Part shown: in pieces, positions 35,542 through 48,889 of the stretch
How positions within the stretch are numbered: the stretch's first letter is position 1
How the letters are laid out: every line of letters begins with the position of its first letter
Source: Phaeosaccion multiseriatum
Taxonomy: Eukaryota > Protista > Ochrophyta, other classes
Length of the DNA: 64,000 nt
Assembly: GCA_965112735.1 (NCBI GenBank)
Contig: OZ218958.1
Span: 3,162,001 to 3,226,000, forward strand
Direction of reading: 5' to 3'
The notes under the pieces: model-generated
Told to the model about the DNA's origin: nothing
The model's database searches: none
The model's input: only the letters and a program-made list of their open reading frames with translations
Program-made: the position numbers and the translations under genes

Positions 35542-36333
35542 CAAGTGTTTGGGTGTGTGCGTATGTGAAGGAAGGCAAGGGATCGAATACATAGAGGGCA
35601 AGTGGGAGGAAGGCGGAGACGGGGGGGGGGGGGGGGGAGGGGGTTGAGACGAGACTTCATTACCGTGCCGTGCAAAGGGTGCGGCGGTACGACTGCTGCG
35701 GGGAAGGAGCTGCACATTTGCCGTGCAAGACACCGGTTGGAAGCTCCACTTTTAATGATCCACCCATCCACCCATCCATTGACTTACCCAACTGATGCAT
35801 CCCTTGTAGTAGTAGGCCAGACACCACATGAGGCCCTCAATATAGTGCTTCCTCAGCCGCTCGTGCACTTCCTGATGCCGAGGGGAGATGCCAAACTTCT
35901 CAAAGTAGTAACGGCCTTTAAAGTCCTTGTTGCCCTGGGGTCCTGACACCGGTTTGCACCCCATGAACTCTGTCATGGCGGCTTCGTAGGCCTGTGGGGA
36001 GGGGGAGGAGGAGGGGGTGGGGTGGATACGTATATAGAGGCGTATGGGTATGGGCGTGGGCGTAGGAAGGGTGAGCGTGGTAGGGGGAGAAGGTTGCGGG
36101 GGTGGGCAGAGATGGGGGAACACCCCACACGCACACACGCATACACACAAGCTGCTCTCGAGAGTGGGGAGGAGCACCACGAATCATCATGCAAGAGGCT
36201 GCAAGCCCTCCGACCCGTCCGTCCATCCCTGCACTTACCCTCTGCTTTCTCTCCTCCTCCAAGATGAGCTCCTCCTCCGTGGGGCCCGCTGGTCCTGGGG
36301 GTGTTGAGAGGTTGGTGTGGACGGTTAGGGACA

Positions 36334-36364
<31 letters not shown>

Positions 36365-39118
36365 GTATACATACACATACGCACGTGAGCGGTTATTCCA
36401 TGCACCGCGGCCTTCCACCCCTCCTTGCCTTCCCTCCTCCTCCTTCTCCCTGTCCTACCTTCGCCGAATCTCTGCCTGCTTTTGTTTCTCCTCGCTCTAA
36501 AAGACGCCTCTTCCGTCTCCCTCTTTTCAAAGATGGAGTCCTCCTGTTCCCCGATGTGGTACAGAAAATGCTCGAAACGGTCCATGCTCGAAATGTTCCC
36601 GTTCTCAGTGAGGTACTGCCCATCCCATGACGGGAACAGGTCCCTAAGGTCATATACCATTCGACATCCATCGTCGTCGCCAACCACGTCATTGTGGGCC
36701 ATCATGGGAGGGAGAGTGAGGGAGGCAAAGAGAGAAATAAGAAAACCGGTAGCGGAGAGAGAGGGAGAAAGAAGAGGTGAGGCAGCGGGCGCAAAAACGA
36801 AGTGACAAGGAGCAGAGAACGGCGCAGAGGGATAGCGCAATGAACAGCACGCACGCACGCACGCACGCACCTGTAAATGTCGAAGAGCAGTCCAAAGGCC
36901 TCCTCCCCAATGTCTAGCGAAGGCATATGGGGCAAGAAGTCGTTGCCCACGAGGAAGGTAATGAAGACGAAGTCGTCAATAATGCGCTCAAGATCGAGGG
37001 TGAGCATGAGGGAGGGCTCCATGCCTAGCGTAAACTCGGTCCACAGGTACTCGCGCAGGATGGACAGGTGCAGCAGTTGGAACTGAGCGTCTCGGGTGGT
37101 TTTGAGCTGTGTGGGGTGGGGTGGGGGTGGGGGTGGGTGGGAGGATGTTTGATTTGAGGGCGGGTAGGTCAGGCAGGCAGGCGAAGGCGGATAAAAGGGT
37201 GAGGGGAGGAGAGCGGCGGTGGAGGAAGAGCGAGGCCGGGGGGACGGGGGGTACATATACATACCAGCCACCTAACCAACCCACCCACCAACCACGCGCT
37301 TGAAACCGAACTCAAGCTAAAACTCCACACTGACACTACTACAAACTCCCTCCCTCTCTCCCTCACTCACCACCAACTTGACGCTGTTCTTGCCCTGCCG
37401 CTGCTGCCCCCTCGACCCAAAGTTGACCACCTCTCTCAGCAGGGTGAAGTGCGGCTCGTGCGCAATGAGGCCGAGGAGGATGAGGTCGGCGTCCTGGCCG
37501 TACATGCAGTGGCGGGTGTTGGCGGGAAAGTGGCCGAGGGCTCGCTCGTCGCGGATGAATTGCATGATCTTGTGCTCGCCCTCGCCGGGAACCTTTTATT
37601 TTGTTTTGTGTTGTTTTGTTTTTGTTTGTTTGTTTGTTGGTGTTACGTGCGTGGGAGTGAGGAGTGTGTGAGTATATAATAGAGATGGGGGTGGAAATGG
37701 GGAAATGGTGGGCACTTCCGAGTGTGTTGGGGGTTGGAAAGTGGCCAGACGCGTAACGTTAACGTCATCAACATCATCATCACCGTCATCAACATCACCA
37801 GCATCATCATCATCAGCAGTAGCATCATCATCATCATCATCATCATCATAATCATTGGTGCTCTCCTCCTCTCTTCTTCTCCTCCTCACCCCCCCACCCA
37901 CCTCCGGGCCACTAAAGTGTATGGTGAGCTTCTGCCAGAGCGGGTCCTCCTTCATCTTCTTCTTAACGAAGTACTGCAGGTGCTTCGACACCTTCCACAT
38001 AAACTCCGTGCCAGGGGTGATGCAATTGGAGTCGAACGTCTCTCGGTCTGACAGGTCCTCTCCCTGTTGGTCATACGTGGTATGCCAAATGCCGTAGAGG
38101 TGGGCGGGTGTATATTGAGAGGAGGGGAGGGGGATAAGAGGGATACGTGCGAGAACGGTGGGGAGGGAAGTGTCAGTGCACGGCATCCCAAGTACGCTAT
38201 CAATCACGCTCCAATCACGTCCCTATGAGGGAGGGGAAGGTTCACGCAGCATGAAAACATACACGATGACTTCAAGACGCCACGGTGGGCACCTCTCGAC
38301 CGTATGCCTCTTTGATGTACCCCACAGCCCACACCCCATACCCAATCACCCCCCCCCCCCCAACCTGCCCCACTTGATCAATCAACCAACCTTCTCCTCC
38401 GCCTCCTTCTTGGCCTCTCTGGCGTCCCTCGCGGATGCGAATCTCCTTGAGCGCTGCTGATTCATCTTGGCCCGAGGGGCGACGCCATCGATGGCCATGT
38501 ACAGCACCTTCATTCACAGATGGCAGGGGATAGATGTTACACACCACAGAGAACAAACACGGAAGCAATAGGAGGAAGGGGCGGCAAGAGGCAGAGAGTT
38601 ACGCCACGCGCGCACACACACACACACACACGAGAGAGACCAACGGGGAAACCGCCGTCTCCACACCCAGTGTTAGCGACACCGCAATCCGGCGGGGCGG
38701 TATGGTACGGTAGCTTTTATCTTACCTTTTGGGGCCTAACGATGTGCGAAACAATCCTGTCAATGTAGTTAAATACACCCAAGAATACGTCCCGCTCGGA
38801 CAGGGCGGCGGCTGTGGCGTCGTCGTTGGGGTGGGTGCAGCCGTGCAAGATGCCATTCATGTCGAGGTATAGGCAGTCGAACTCGGGGAGCATGGTGGAG
38901 TCGGACACCAGCTGGTTTATCTTCGGGTAACGCTCGCTTATCCATCTGTGGAGAGAGAGGGGGGAGACGGAGAGGAAGGGAAATGGGAGGGGGGGGGGTG
39001 TTGTTAGCAGAAGGCGGATGAAAGGAGCTGCGGGACCCATCCTTCCTCTCTTCCCCGTCCTCTCCCCCGGCTGTGGCCTCACTCAACACACTCACCGGTA
39101 AAACTTTGGCACACCCAT
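27337..39118 (-). CDS. XRN1: 5'-3' exoribonuclease 1 (~18 exons) with a long Q/G/A-rich C-terminal tail
   Basis: MGVPKFYR|[111 protein letters not shown], and a C-terminal SH3-like LGDRVVN...[10 protein letters not shown] domain that distinguishes XRN1 from XRN2. Confidence 0.97.
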
Positions 39119-39853
39119 TGTAGATTCAGAGTACTTCCACAGGAAGCGGTGCTGCGATGTCTATAAAGGGATGCTGTGTAAATGTGTGTGTGATGGGGTG
39201 GTTTGTTGTATGTGTGTGCTATCTACTTGGACTATTTCGATCTACTTGGACTCTTCGCCCACTAATGCAGTGCTTCTACACCCTACTATTAATAGAAGGG
39301 ATGCGAGAAGCTGTTTTCTGCTACTGAATGTGCTGGTGCTGTTAGTGCTCTTGGTGTGCTCAGATTCTCAGACGCTGCGAGAAAGAAGATGGCAAGGAAA
39401 GTCTAGGCGGGAGGCAGCTCCGCCCTTCGAGATCTTTCTCCTGCTCAACACTACCCTTCTTGTGTCTCCTGCTTCTGCAGCTTTTGCTCCGCCCGCCCCC
39501 CTCTCCAATCTCACTGGCTCCTCCCGCTCGGGAAAGAAAGAACTCCGCAGTCTGCTGTCCAGAGGCGCAACCCACAGCCTCGTTCCTTCCTCCGCCTCCT
39601 CCTCCACTGGCCCTTCCCCTGCTTAAACTCCTCTAGCCCCTCTCCCTCCTCTATTGTGAGAAGAAGGAGGGCGATCCGGTCGAGAGAAATCGAGCTCTAG
39701 AAATAAAGTAGAGAGAAGCGACTTTTCCTCACAGTATGCCGTGTTGGTTCTCCATTCTCTATTTTCTTTTTTGTTTTTTTCATTCTGAGTGCAGCAGGGA
39801 CAGCAACAGCGTGGCGGCTTGGATTCTATGTACCGAAGACCCCTTAATCTGAG

Positions 39854-41829
39854 ATGCAGCAGAGGAGTTGGATGGGGGGGTTGAACGCTCGGTTGCTCGG
39901 CTGCTGCTGCTCCTTCTTCTTCTTCCTCCTCCTCCTGAACACTTCCTCAGCATTCCGTATGATTCCCAACCCCGGTGATGGCAAGCGCGTGCTAGTGATA
40001 GGTGCCAATGGAAGGGTGGGAACGAAGGTTGTGGAGAAGCTGATCCTCAAGGGGTACGAGGTAAGCAGCAAAAGCCCTCTCTTCTTTCTCTGTGCTCGTG
40101 CTTATGCTCTTTGGGTTTTGGGTGCTGAATTTCCCATCATCTCGCACCCACCGGCCCATCCACACGCCTGCCTCCCTCAGGTGAGGGCCATGGCTCGGGA
40201 CACCTCCAAAATAACGGCGCAAGGGTCCAAGGAGGTCCTTTCCGTTGTTCAAGGCGATGTGACTGTCCCGTCCACGCTCCTCGATGCGATGGAGGGGTGC
40301 GACGCGTGCATTACCTGCCACGGCGCCGCTCGCCTTTCCAAAATCTCTGACCTGTGGACGGATCCCCGCGCCACCGGCGATCTCTCCCACCCTTATTTTA
40401 CAAACTATAAGGTGTGTCTTTCTACTTCGCGGCAGTCTGGGAACTTCTCACAGTTCCTTCTTAAGCCTAGTATAGGATGGTACAGGACCAGCTGGTAGTT
40501 AGGCGAACCTTTCAAGTGTGGCGACGATTTGTAGCTTTTGCCGCAACTTCCCCCTTATCCCTCCCTCCCTCCCTCCTCCTGCCCTCTCGCCTCTTGTTGC
40601 TCTGTGTGTTTCCGCTCTGTTGAATGCAAGGGGGTGGTCAACATCCTAGAGGCCATGAAAGCAACAAAGTGTAACCGTCTCGTACGGGTCTCGGTAAGTG
40701 CCAGAGAGAGAGAGAGAGAAGATGCCTACAGCTTCACTCGTCAAGACACTCCCCTCCCTCCCCGTTCCATCTCTCATTCCCTCTCACCATCTCTCCATAC
40801 GCACACACGCACTCTCCCTCGTCGCGCTGATGGCCCCTCGCTCTCCTCTCCTCTCGTCGCTGGCCTACCCTACTCGGCACCAGGGCCTCTCGGTGGGCAT
40901 GTCAGCTTGGGCCCCCGTTGCCATACTACTGAATACGGTTATCTCCATGGCCATTCGCTGGCAGTGGGAGGCAGAGAAAGCCATTAGGGAGAGCGGCGTC
41001 TTATACACTATTGTCCGCCCCGGAGGTGAGAGTGGAGGGCATGTGGATTACTGGAAAGGCATTGCATCCCCCACTCAAGCTCAGGCACCGCTCCTCCTCC
41101 TCGTCGTCGTTCTCCTCCTCCTCCTCCTCCTCCTCCTCCTCCCTCGCTTCTCCCCCTCCCTCTCCTCCGTCCTCCTCCTTCTCCTCCTGTATCACCAACC
41201 CACAGGGCTGACGGACGACGAGCGGCCCGACAGCGTTGGGCTCGTGCTCCGCGACGACGGAAAGGTGCCGAACGCATTGAAGAACGAGGGGCGCTTTCCA
41301 CCCACCCCCCAGTCCATCAAGATTGGGAGAGAAGATGTGGCGGATCTGATGGTACGGACGCTGGTGGTATGTGTTGTCAGGTCTGGCGACGACGGTGAAG
41401 GCCTCCGACAACCCATCCATATCCTGCTTCTTGTCATCCTCTTCTTTTCTGTGTTTTTTATGGTAATCTTTTGTTGCCTTATCCCCCCCCCCTCTCTCCA
41501 CTCACAACACATAGGCCACGAGTCTCGAGTACGACCAAGCCAAGAAGGCCACTCTGAGCTGTCTCTGGTCCAAGCCTGAGCGCATTCCCGAGGAGCGACA
41601 GGGGAAGAGGCTATGGACAGGCTGGACAGACACTCTGCCTCGCTATCCACAGGAGTGGAAGGAGCTGTTGGTCATGTCCGAGCCCGATCGCTCGGAGCTA
41701 ACGCCAAGGGCGCATCGAAAGGCCGTGCTCTCGGTGGTGGCAGCGGTTGCAGCGGTGCTGGCGGGTGTGGTGACCAAGGGTGTGATCTTCGTCGCACGCT
41801 CGCTACTTCGCGCGCTTGCGCGCGGGTAG
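39854..41829 (+). CDS. NAD(P)-binding Rossmann-fold (atypical SDR/NmrA-like) protein, probably plastid-targeted, with a C-terminal hydrophobic helix
   Basis: RVLVIGANGRVGTKVVEKLILKGYE|VRAMARD, VVQGDVT, AEKAIRESGVLYTIVRPG|GLTD, IGREDVADLM; six exons; N-terminus FFFFLLLLNTSSA-F. Confidence 0.85.
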
Positions 41830-41950
41830 AGGGGAGGGAGAGGGCGAGGATAGACGAGTAGAGAGAGAGGTGCTTTGTTTGTTTGGGTTCAAAAGAAGGG
41901 TCTGTCATACATATTTCTTATTTACATGCGTGAATTAAAGCAAAGTTCGG

Positions 41951-43830
41951 TCAGCAGCAGTCGCTCTCTGTCGAACTACTTACACTTACACACGTGTTGA
42001 GTTTAAAGCAGCAGTAGACGGGGTGGAGGAACGAGGCAACAACCGCGCCGCAACAGGGGAAGACTCTCCCCCTCTTGCTCCAGACGGGCGGACGGGCGTG
42101 GTACCCAAACAGCTCCTGGGGCCTGTCATCATCATCATGGACCGTACGCGACACAATCTTTGCGCCTCTTCCCAAGGGATCGGCTCTATCGAGGTCTTGC
42201 AGGCTGACCACCGCCCCCATCCACCGGGGGTCATCACCCATGCCATCCATATCCTGCTTCCCCACCACCCCCTCTTTCTCGTGAGCGCAAGGAGTTGCCG
42301 TGTTCATAGCTGGAACGATACGGCAAGAGCAAGTTTGGTCTTGGCTCAATGAGCGGCTAGAGCAAGTCTGGTCTTGGCTTAATGAGCAAGTTTGGTCTTG
42401 GCTCAATGAGCGACTTGAAAGTCCGTCATCCCACGCCCTCACTCTCCTTCTACTACCCACGGCGTGTCCCCTCCTTCTGCCCGCCGACGGACTCCTGGCT
42501 CCATCTCCCTCTCCTCCTCCTCTTCCTCCTTCTCCTCCTCCTTCTGCTCCTGCTGCTGCTGATACTGCTGCTCTGGACCTTGTTCGCGGTGAACTCGATG
42601 GAGGGGGTGGGGGTGACTTCATCACGTCTCTCCCTTTATGCCCTCCTCTTCGATGCCGACTCGGAGACCTCCCCGAGCCCCCCCCTCGTAGGGCGGCAAG
42701 GTCACTCGCCATCTGCTTCATCGCCTCCATGTGCTTGTTGAGCTCAGTGCGGCAGGCCTTGCCGGCCCTCCTCTCCCTCCACAGCTCCCTCCTCCGCTTG
42801 TCCCGCTCGTCCCGGTGCACTGCCAGCTCCAGCAGCCTCGCATGGGCCCATCCTTCTCTCTCTGTCTCCAGAGTACTCTCCGCCTCTGCCCGTGCCCTTC
42901 TCTCCTTCACCAGCTGCTTAGCGAACACCTGCACCGCACACATTTGAGGGTTGGCGCAGGAAGGGGGGGAGGGGGTCGGGAGAAGGTCAAAGAAAGTAGG
43001 TAGGTTAGAACGTAAGAAAATAGGAAGATGTAAGCATAGGGACAGCGCGGCACAGCTGCGTTTGCTCATACTCAGGAGGCTGGCACCGAAGCCCCTCCAA
43101 ACTCTTCGCCCGTCTCCCCCAAGCAAACTCACGCACGCACCTTCTCAGCCTCCTCCTTGTAGGCCGCCAATGCTCTCTCTGCTTCCAAGCGGCCCTTCGT
43201 CTCCCTCACGCGGCCCTTCGTCTCCCTCTCCAGTTGGCGCCGGTGCGTCTCCTTCCCCCGGACGCACTTCCGCTGAGCCTCAAGCAAGCTCTCCTGCACC
43301 CGCTTCTTCTCCGCTTGACCTTTGTCCCGGGCTTGCGAGACCGCGGCCTCTCGTGCAACTTGCTCTGCGGCCTGGGCTCTGTCTCTCTCGCGGCACTGCT
43401 CTCGAAGGCGCCCCACCTCCAGCTCGTAGCCCTCGGCCTGAATCTCCAGCTGCAGCTTGTGCTCCTTGTCGCGGCTTTCTATTCTGGCCAAGGCTTCGCT
43501 GAGCCGCCCTTCCACCTCCCTCCGGCTCTCGCCTCCCGCCTTCTCTGCCTCCTGTCTCGCCTTCTCTGCCCCGACAAGCCGGCGCCTGACATCCTTTAGC
43601 TTCGCCTCCACGCACACCCGTGCTGCCTCCGCGTCGGCCCTCCCTTTCTGAGCCTCCACAAGCTTGCCCTTCACCACCCGTAACTCATCAGCGACGAACT
43701 GAAAGGCATCGCTGCTCTGCATCGTCGCACGGCGCACTTCCGTCTCGAGCAGTTGCGCCAAGACAGCGGGCTTACTGCAGAGCTCCTCCTGATGCTGGAA
43801 GTGGCGGTGAGGATAGTGCATAGTCGCCAT
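41951..43830 (-). CDS. Coiled-coil hypothetical protein (at least two exons; start uncertain)
   Basis: E/R/K/A-rich heptad-like sequence in ORFs 43129-43926 and 41951-43132, joined by gagaag|gtgcgt (43140) and tgcag| (42929). Confidence 0.6.
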
Positions 43831-44150
43831 GCCCGCATGAGCTGGAGCCTGGCCCTGGCCCTGGCCCTGAGGAAGAAAGAGGGGGAAAAGGGAAAAGTAA
43901 CGTGCACCTGCCCAGTTGTGACCCACGTCGGAGGACCAACACGGCGACGTTGATGATCAAATCTCATCTCACCGGCAAAGTCAACAATAAAACAACAACC
44001 CTTTCAGAGAGACGAAGAGAGGGGGGCAGATTTGTGGTGGCACTGCCCTGAACTCACTCAGTTCCTGCTTGCTCGCGAAGACGCACCAGCGGTTCTGTAC
44101 TCTTCTCTATCTTTGGACTGGCGGTTAGGACGGGGAGCGAGGAGCGAGGG

Positions 44151-45368
44151 ATGGAAGAGAAGGGACACGATACCCCCCCTCCCCCTCCTCCTACGCGTGA
44201 CGCGCAAGTGAAGGAGGAGCTCCAAATGTACGATAGTGCCCAAAGGGAGGCGAAAGAGGCCGCAAGCAGGGCGGCGGCCAGGGTGAAGGCGACAAGACGC
44301 AGAGCCACGGCGGGTTCGGCAACGCGCAAGACACAGGCAGCGGGAGACAAGGCCGTGGGGGCAGCACTCCAAAGGACGGCTAAGCTGCGGGTGCAGCGAT
44401 ATCGCTCTCGCGCTGCCCAACGGGCGGAGGAGGAGACCAAGGTCAATGCGGAGGAGGGTGCAAAGGGCAAGCGCTGGTATCTGCACGGCGACAGAGCTCG
44501 ACTCATGCTTGTGGGAGATGAAGGTAGGCGCCTGGCTATGAGGAGATCGTCTGCAATACATAGGTCCCACTTGAGGGAGGAAGAGAAGGAGAAGGAGGTG
44601 AAATTGAAGGTGGAGAACAAGGTCAAGAGGGTCATGACTGCCGCAGAGAGAGCGAGGGAGGCGTCTTACAAAAAGTCGCAGGTGGTGGTCAGCTTACCGA
44701 AGCAAAGAAACAACAAGAAGATGATTACTATGAGCAAGACGAAGAAGACGAAGACGAAGAAGAAGAAGATGGCACGGAGAGATCTTGTGGGCGACGGGGG
44801 AGGGGGCTGCGAAGAAGCCGCTGAGAAAGGCATGGCCGAAGAGGCTGTAGAGCGGAGAGGCATGTCTGAAGAGCCGGCTGTGTTGCTGCAGGCAGGGGAA
44901 GGTCAACCCCGACGCTGGAGGGCCGGTGAGGATGAGAAGGGTAATGAGCAGGGGGGCAGGGGAGGATCAGTGAGAGACGAGCAAGGCGGTGGCGGTGCAG
45001 GTAAGGAGCACCAAGCAGGAGCGCCAGAAGAAGCAGCGAAGAAAGAGCAACAGGCAGAGGAGGCAAAGGATGAGGAGGAGGGGGAGGAGGAGGAGGAGGA
45101 GGAGGAGGAGGAGGAGGAGGAGGAGGAGGAGGAGGAGGAGGAGGAGGAGGAGGAGGAGGAGGAGGAGGAGGAGGTGGAGGAGGAGGAGGAGGTGATGCTT
45201 CCGCGCCACATTGTGGTGGGCAAGGCCTCGGGCGCCTGGAAGCCGTCGGGCTTTGAGAACCCCGCCACGCTCGCCACGTCAGACTCCAAGCTCTTGCGTC
45301 TCTTCTCAGAGACCGCACCTGCTGCTGGGGGGGGGGTCGATCTCCGGCTCGATCTCCCTATGGGCTGA
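44151..45368 (+). CDS. Charged low-complexity hypothetical protein with poly-Glu tract
   Basis: 405-codon uninterrupted ORF with a basic N-terminal half and an acidic C-terminal half; divergent from the coiled-coil gene. Confidence 0.5.
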   Translation: MEEKGHDTPPPPPPTRDAQVKEELQMYDSAQREAKEAASRAAARVKATRRRATAGSATRKTQAAGDKAVGAALQRTAKLRVQRYRSRAAQRAEEETKVNAEEGAKGKRWYLHGDRARLMLVGDEGRRLAMRRSSAIHRSHLREEEKEKEVKLKVENKVKRVMTAAERAREASYKKSQVVVSLPKQRNNKKMITMSKTKKTKTKKKKMARRDLVGDGGGGCEEAAEKGMAEEAVERRGMSEEPAVLLQAGEGQPRRWRAGEDEKGNEQGGRGGSVRDEQGGGGAGKEHQAGAPEEAAKKEQQAEEAKDEEEGEEEEEEEEEEEEEEEEEEEEEEEEEEEEEEVEEEEEVMLPRHIVVGKASGAWKPSGFENPATLATSDSKLLRLFSETAPAAGGGVDLRLDLPMG

Positions 45369-45741
45369 CGCACGAGCTCCTCTTTCTGCTTATTGCAATA
45401 TCATTTTGTTTTAGTTAATTACTAGATCAACAAAGGGCGTGTTTGACTACGCGCGTTTGACTACCTGCGGCAGGCATCACACATCATGCAGGTTGGGGCG
45501 TTGTCGAAGTATCGCTCGACCACCACGGTGGGAGAGCGAGTCGACAACAAAAACAAACCAAATGGAGGATGTGGGTGCCGAAGATGCAGCGGAACGTGTC
45601 ATTGGAGCTGCGTGTCACAAAAATGACACGAGCCACACCTAGGTGTGGCTCAAGAGCTCACTTCATCACGCACCGAAACAAGCCAAGTCCGACAAATTGC
45701 TTTTGCTGACTTGCTCGCTTCCGTCCTTCCGTCCTTTCTTG

Positions 45742-47928
45742 CTAGCATCCGAACTGGTCAGCTTTATCCAACACGTAATCATACCACCCCAAGTCGTGCA
45801 GGTTGGAAGAGTCTACAAGACTCAAGTGGAGAGTGGAAAAGCTGTTCCCGGGGATGTGGTGGTCCAAGCAGGTGCCAGACTTGTCCTGATATATATGGTT
45901 GAACTCCTCCCCCTCGTTGCGGTCGTAGTAGTGGCACAGCAGATATGTCTCCTCCGCCGCCACAAGCTCGATCTTGCCGCTCTGCAGGTCACGAACTGCG
46001 TCCTCCTTGAACTGGTAAGTAGTGATGCCCCACCTCTTGCGCTGGTGCACAGCTCCGGTATAGTAGTGCCGGAACCTGTCAAAGTGCGAGTGTTGAGAGA
46101 GGGAGATATCACGACAGCGAGAGCGGCACAGTGGATAAGCATGTGCGTGTGTGCGTGTGTGCACGCGCATGTGCGTGGGCGGAAGGGAAGAGATGGTGCA
46201 GCGTGTCAGCCTTTGGGGGTAGTGTGGGGGGGGGGGGGTCACTACCACACATACTCCGAAAAACGCAAATCCGAAACGTCTGGCCAGACGGGAGCATCCG
46301 AAGGGTGGGGAATATCAATAAAGAAATAAACGTTCCGTGGTGTGGGCACGCACCAGTCTCCCTCCCGCACTTCGGGCGCGCTGTTCTTCTTAAAGGCCCT
46401 CGCCGAGCCGTAAGTGGTGACTCTTATGGTGGAGGCCCTCACGCTCCTCCACTCGCCGTAAGTCGTGATAAGATCGGTGTAGAGCATTTGCGCCTGCAAG
46501 TGGAGGGGGGTGGGTAGCAAGTAGAGCGTAGAAGGACAGGAGCGAGAGGGGCCGTGTGGTCGGGTGAGAGCGAGCAACACAGCTGGCGGTATGTACTGTC
46601 GAGGAAGGCAACAAGTCAAGACAAACACGCCCATCCCGATCCTTGACTGACTCTTGCGGCCCCCTTGCTCAGACTCCATGAAGGGTACTCACCATAGCTC
46701 CGCCTAGACTATGGCCTGGGAGAGGAGGAAGCAGAGGGGGAGGAGGAAGGTAAGGACAACGTGGCCGGGAGGAGGAGGCCGCGGCTTGCGCTGTGGCGAG
46801 CCCTGCAATACTAATGGTACCAGACCCTCCACGGGAGTCAATGGGCTGGCCGCGTGTGGACACACGCACACACACAGCCATTAGAGAGTGGCAGAGGTCC
46901 AAGAAGCCAAACCTTCGCTCATACGCCTCGCCGAGGCCACTCACCTGTAATGTGGATGCCCTCCTGCCCCACCAGGCCGACCGCTTCGTTGAGGCAGCCC
47001 AGATTCTTCAGGGCCTCGATGGCCTTGGCCCCGATGGATCTGTACTCACTCCGGAAGCCCCGGAGCACACGGTACTGATCGAGCCACGTTACGTAGTCCA
47101 GGCTGCCAAAGAAGCCCTGTTTGGGGTACACATGCAAGTACAGCAAGACGGATCCGACGAGAGAATGAGTGAGCAGAACGAACCAACAGTGCTCCGCCCG
47201 CATCCATTGCTCTGGATCCTCTGGACTCCACCCCTCAACCCCCCACGCCGCACGTACCGTCAACCAGTCACTGTTGTCGTCGATTCCATGGAACGCTACC
47301 CAGCACCACCGCCCCTCGTTGGTCAACTCCTCCTCGCTACTATCCTCGTTGTCGTCGTCGAGGTTATTTCCATTGTGCCCGTCCTTGCACACGACAACTC
47401 TGTCCTTGCCCTCCGACGCCCAAGAAAACACCCCATCGTAGTCAACAGTGATGGTGATGCACCTGCGAACGTCCTCGTCCACACTGTCGCCGTCAGGGAC
47501 GATGTACGGCATCTTGCATTCATCGTCCGCGTCTCCGTTCTCGTCACTTACATAAGCGTCAGCCGCCATCATCAGGTATTTCCTGCAGAGTGCAGTAAAG
47601 GGCGGAGAGAGACAGACAGAGACAGCGAGAGAGAGAAGGGGGGTGGAGGGACGGAGACAGAAATGGGAAGGAGGGGAGGAAAGAAGCAAGTGGTAGGCAG
47701 AGTGAGTAATAAAGGGGGCGGAGAGAGAGACAGTACCCAACCTCGCCTTCGTTCTTACCTCTGGTGGCAGGTTGCGTAGTCCACACAGCAGCCCGTCGCG
47801 GGACAAATATCATAAAGCCCAGTACTTAACGCAGGATGATCATCGTCCCAAGGCAAGAGCGTCCGCTCTCCTGGGAGGGCGATTGCACCCCCAATGGCGC
47901 CCACCACTGCCACCAAGAGCAACCTCAT
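45742..47928 (-). CDS. Secreted class-3 lipase (alpha/beta hydrolase), copy 1, six exons
   Basis: Signal peptide MRLLLVAVVGAIGGAIA; CWVAFHGIDDNSDWLT; VLRGF; IHITG|HSLGGAM nucleophile elbow; VTTYGSAR; EDAVRDL (candidate catalytic Asp); NLHDLGWY (candidate catalytic His). Confidence 0.85.
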
Positions 47929-48148
47929 GTTGTTCTGTTGCCGACGGCCGAAGCCAATCAGTCTGTCAATCCCCCTCTTCAGACTAGCAGTAGAGGGATA
48001 GCTGCATCGAGATAAGATGCGGGTTGGGTGTGTGGAAGCAGAACAAAAGAGGAGATAATCAATAAACTAGAAGGAGGGGCTAGGTGTTCTTAGTTTGAAC
48101 TTTGAGTTTCAGTTTGGTACTTAAAGTAATCGAAGCCAATCCCACCAG

Positions 48149-48889
48149 TCCCGCGCTTTTTTTAGGGGGCGCAACTCCACCCCCCGGCCCCGCACCGGCA
48201 GCTTCCGCAGAAAAGGACTTATGGCTTCGGAGGCTGCAGCTCTTGAAGATGTGGATGTCAATGCTTCGCATCACGGGGCGCAAGCCTTGAGCTTGAAGGC
48301 GACGACAATGCGGCTTCTCTGTGTGAGGAGGACCTAGAATTGCTCAAAGAGAATGTGAGCGGAATGAGTGGGGTGATGAGATCATACTTCGGTGGGAAGG
48401 ATCTACGGTTGCAGGCTTCACGAAACCAGAGCAGCCCTTTGAGTATTTTGATGCCATGACCCACGATAGGTTCAAGGGGGCCCAACAAGGGATGCCCTCC
48501 TGCTGTGTATTCTTCGGCGGCTGCGGCGGAGGGAATACACAGGGCATCCCTTGGGCCCCCTTGGACTCCCCGTGGGTCATGGCATCAAAATATTCGAAGG
48601 GCTGCTCTGGCGTTGTGAAGCCTGCAACCGCAAACCCTTCCCATCGAAGGATGATCTCAGCCATCCCCGCCCCGCCGCACTCATTCCGCTCACATTCTCT
48701 TTGAGCAATTCTAGGTCCTCCTCACACAGAGAAGCCGCATTGCCTTCAAGCTCAAGGCTTGCGCCCCTTGATGCGAAGCCATTGACATCCACATCTTCAG
48801 CCTCCGAAGCCATGGGTCCTACCTCGCTCTGCTGAAGCTGCCCGTGCGGGGCCGGGGGGTGGAGTTGTGCCGCCAAAAAAAGGGCGGGA
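48149..48889. repeat. ~740-bp imperfect palindrome (fold-back) centred near 48522
   Basis: Arms are reverse complements, e.g. aatgcggcttctctgtgtgaggaggacctagaattgctcaaagagaatgtgagcggaatgagtg (48307-48370) vs 48678-48741; loop of ~20 nt or less. Confidence 0.93.

Noticed and set aside
46254-46352. Apparent frameshift between the lipase copies suggesting a pseudogene
   Set aside because: The region falls in an intron if the gactg|gtgcgt donor is used, which restores W-FRHYY in frame in both copies.
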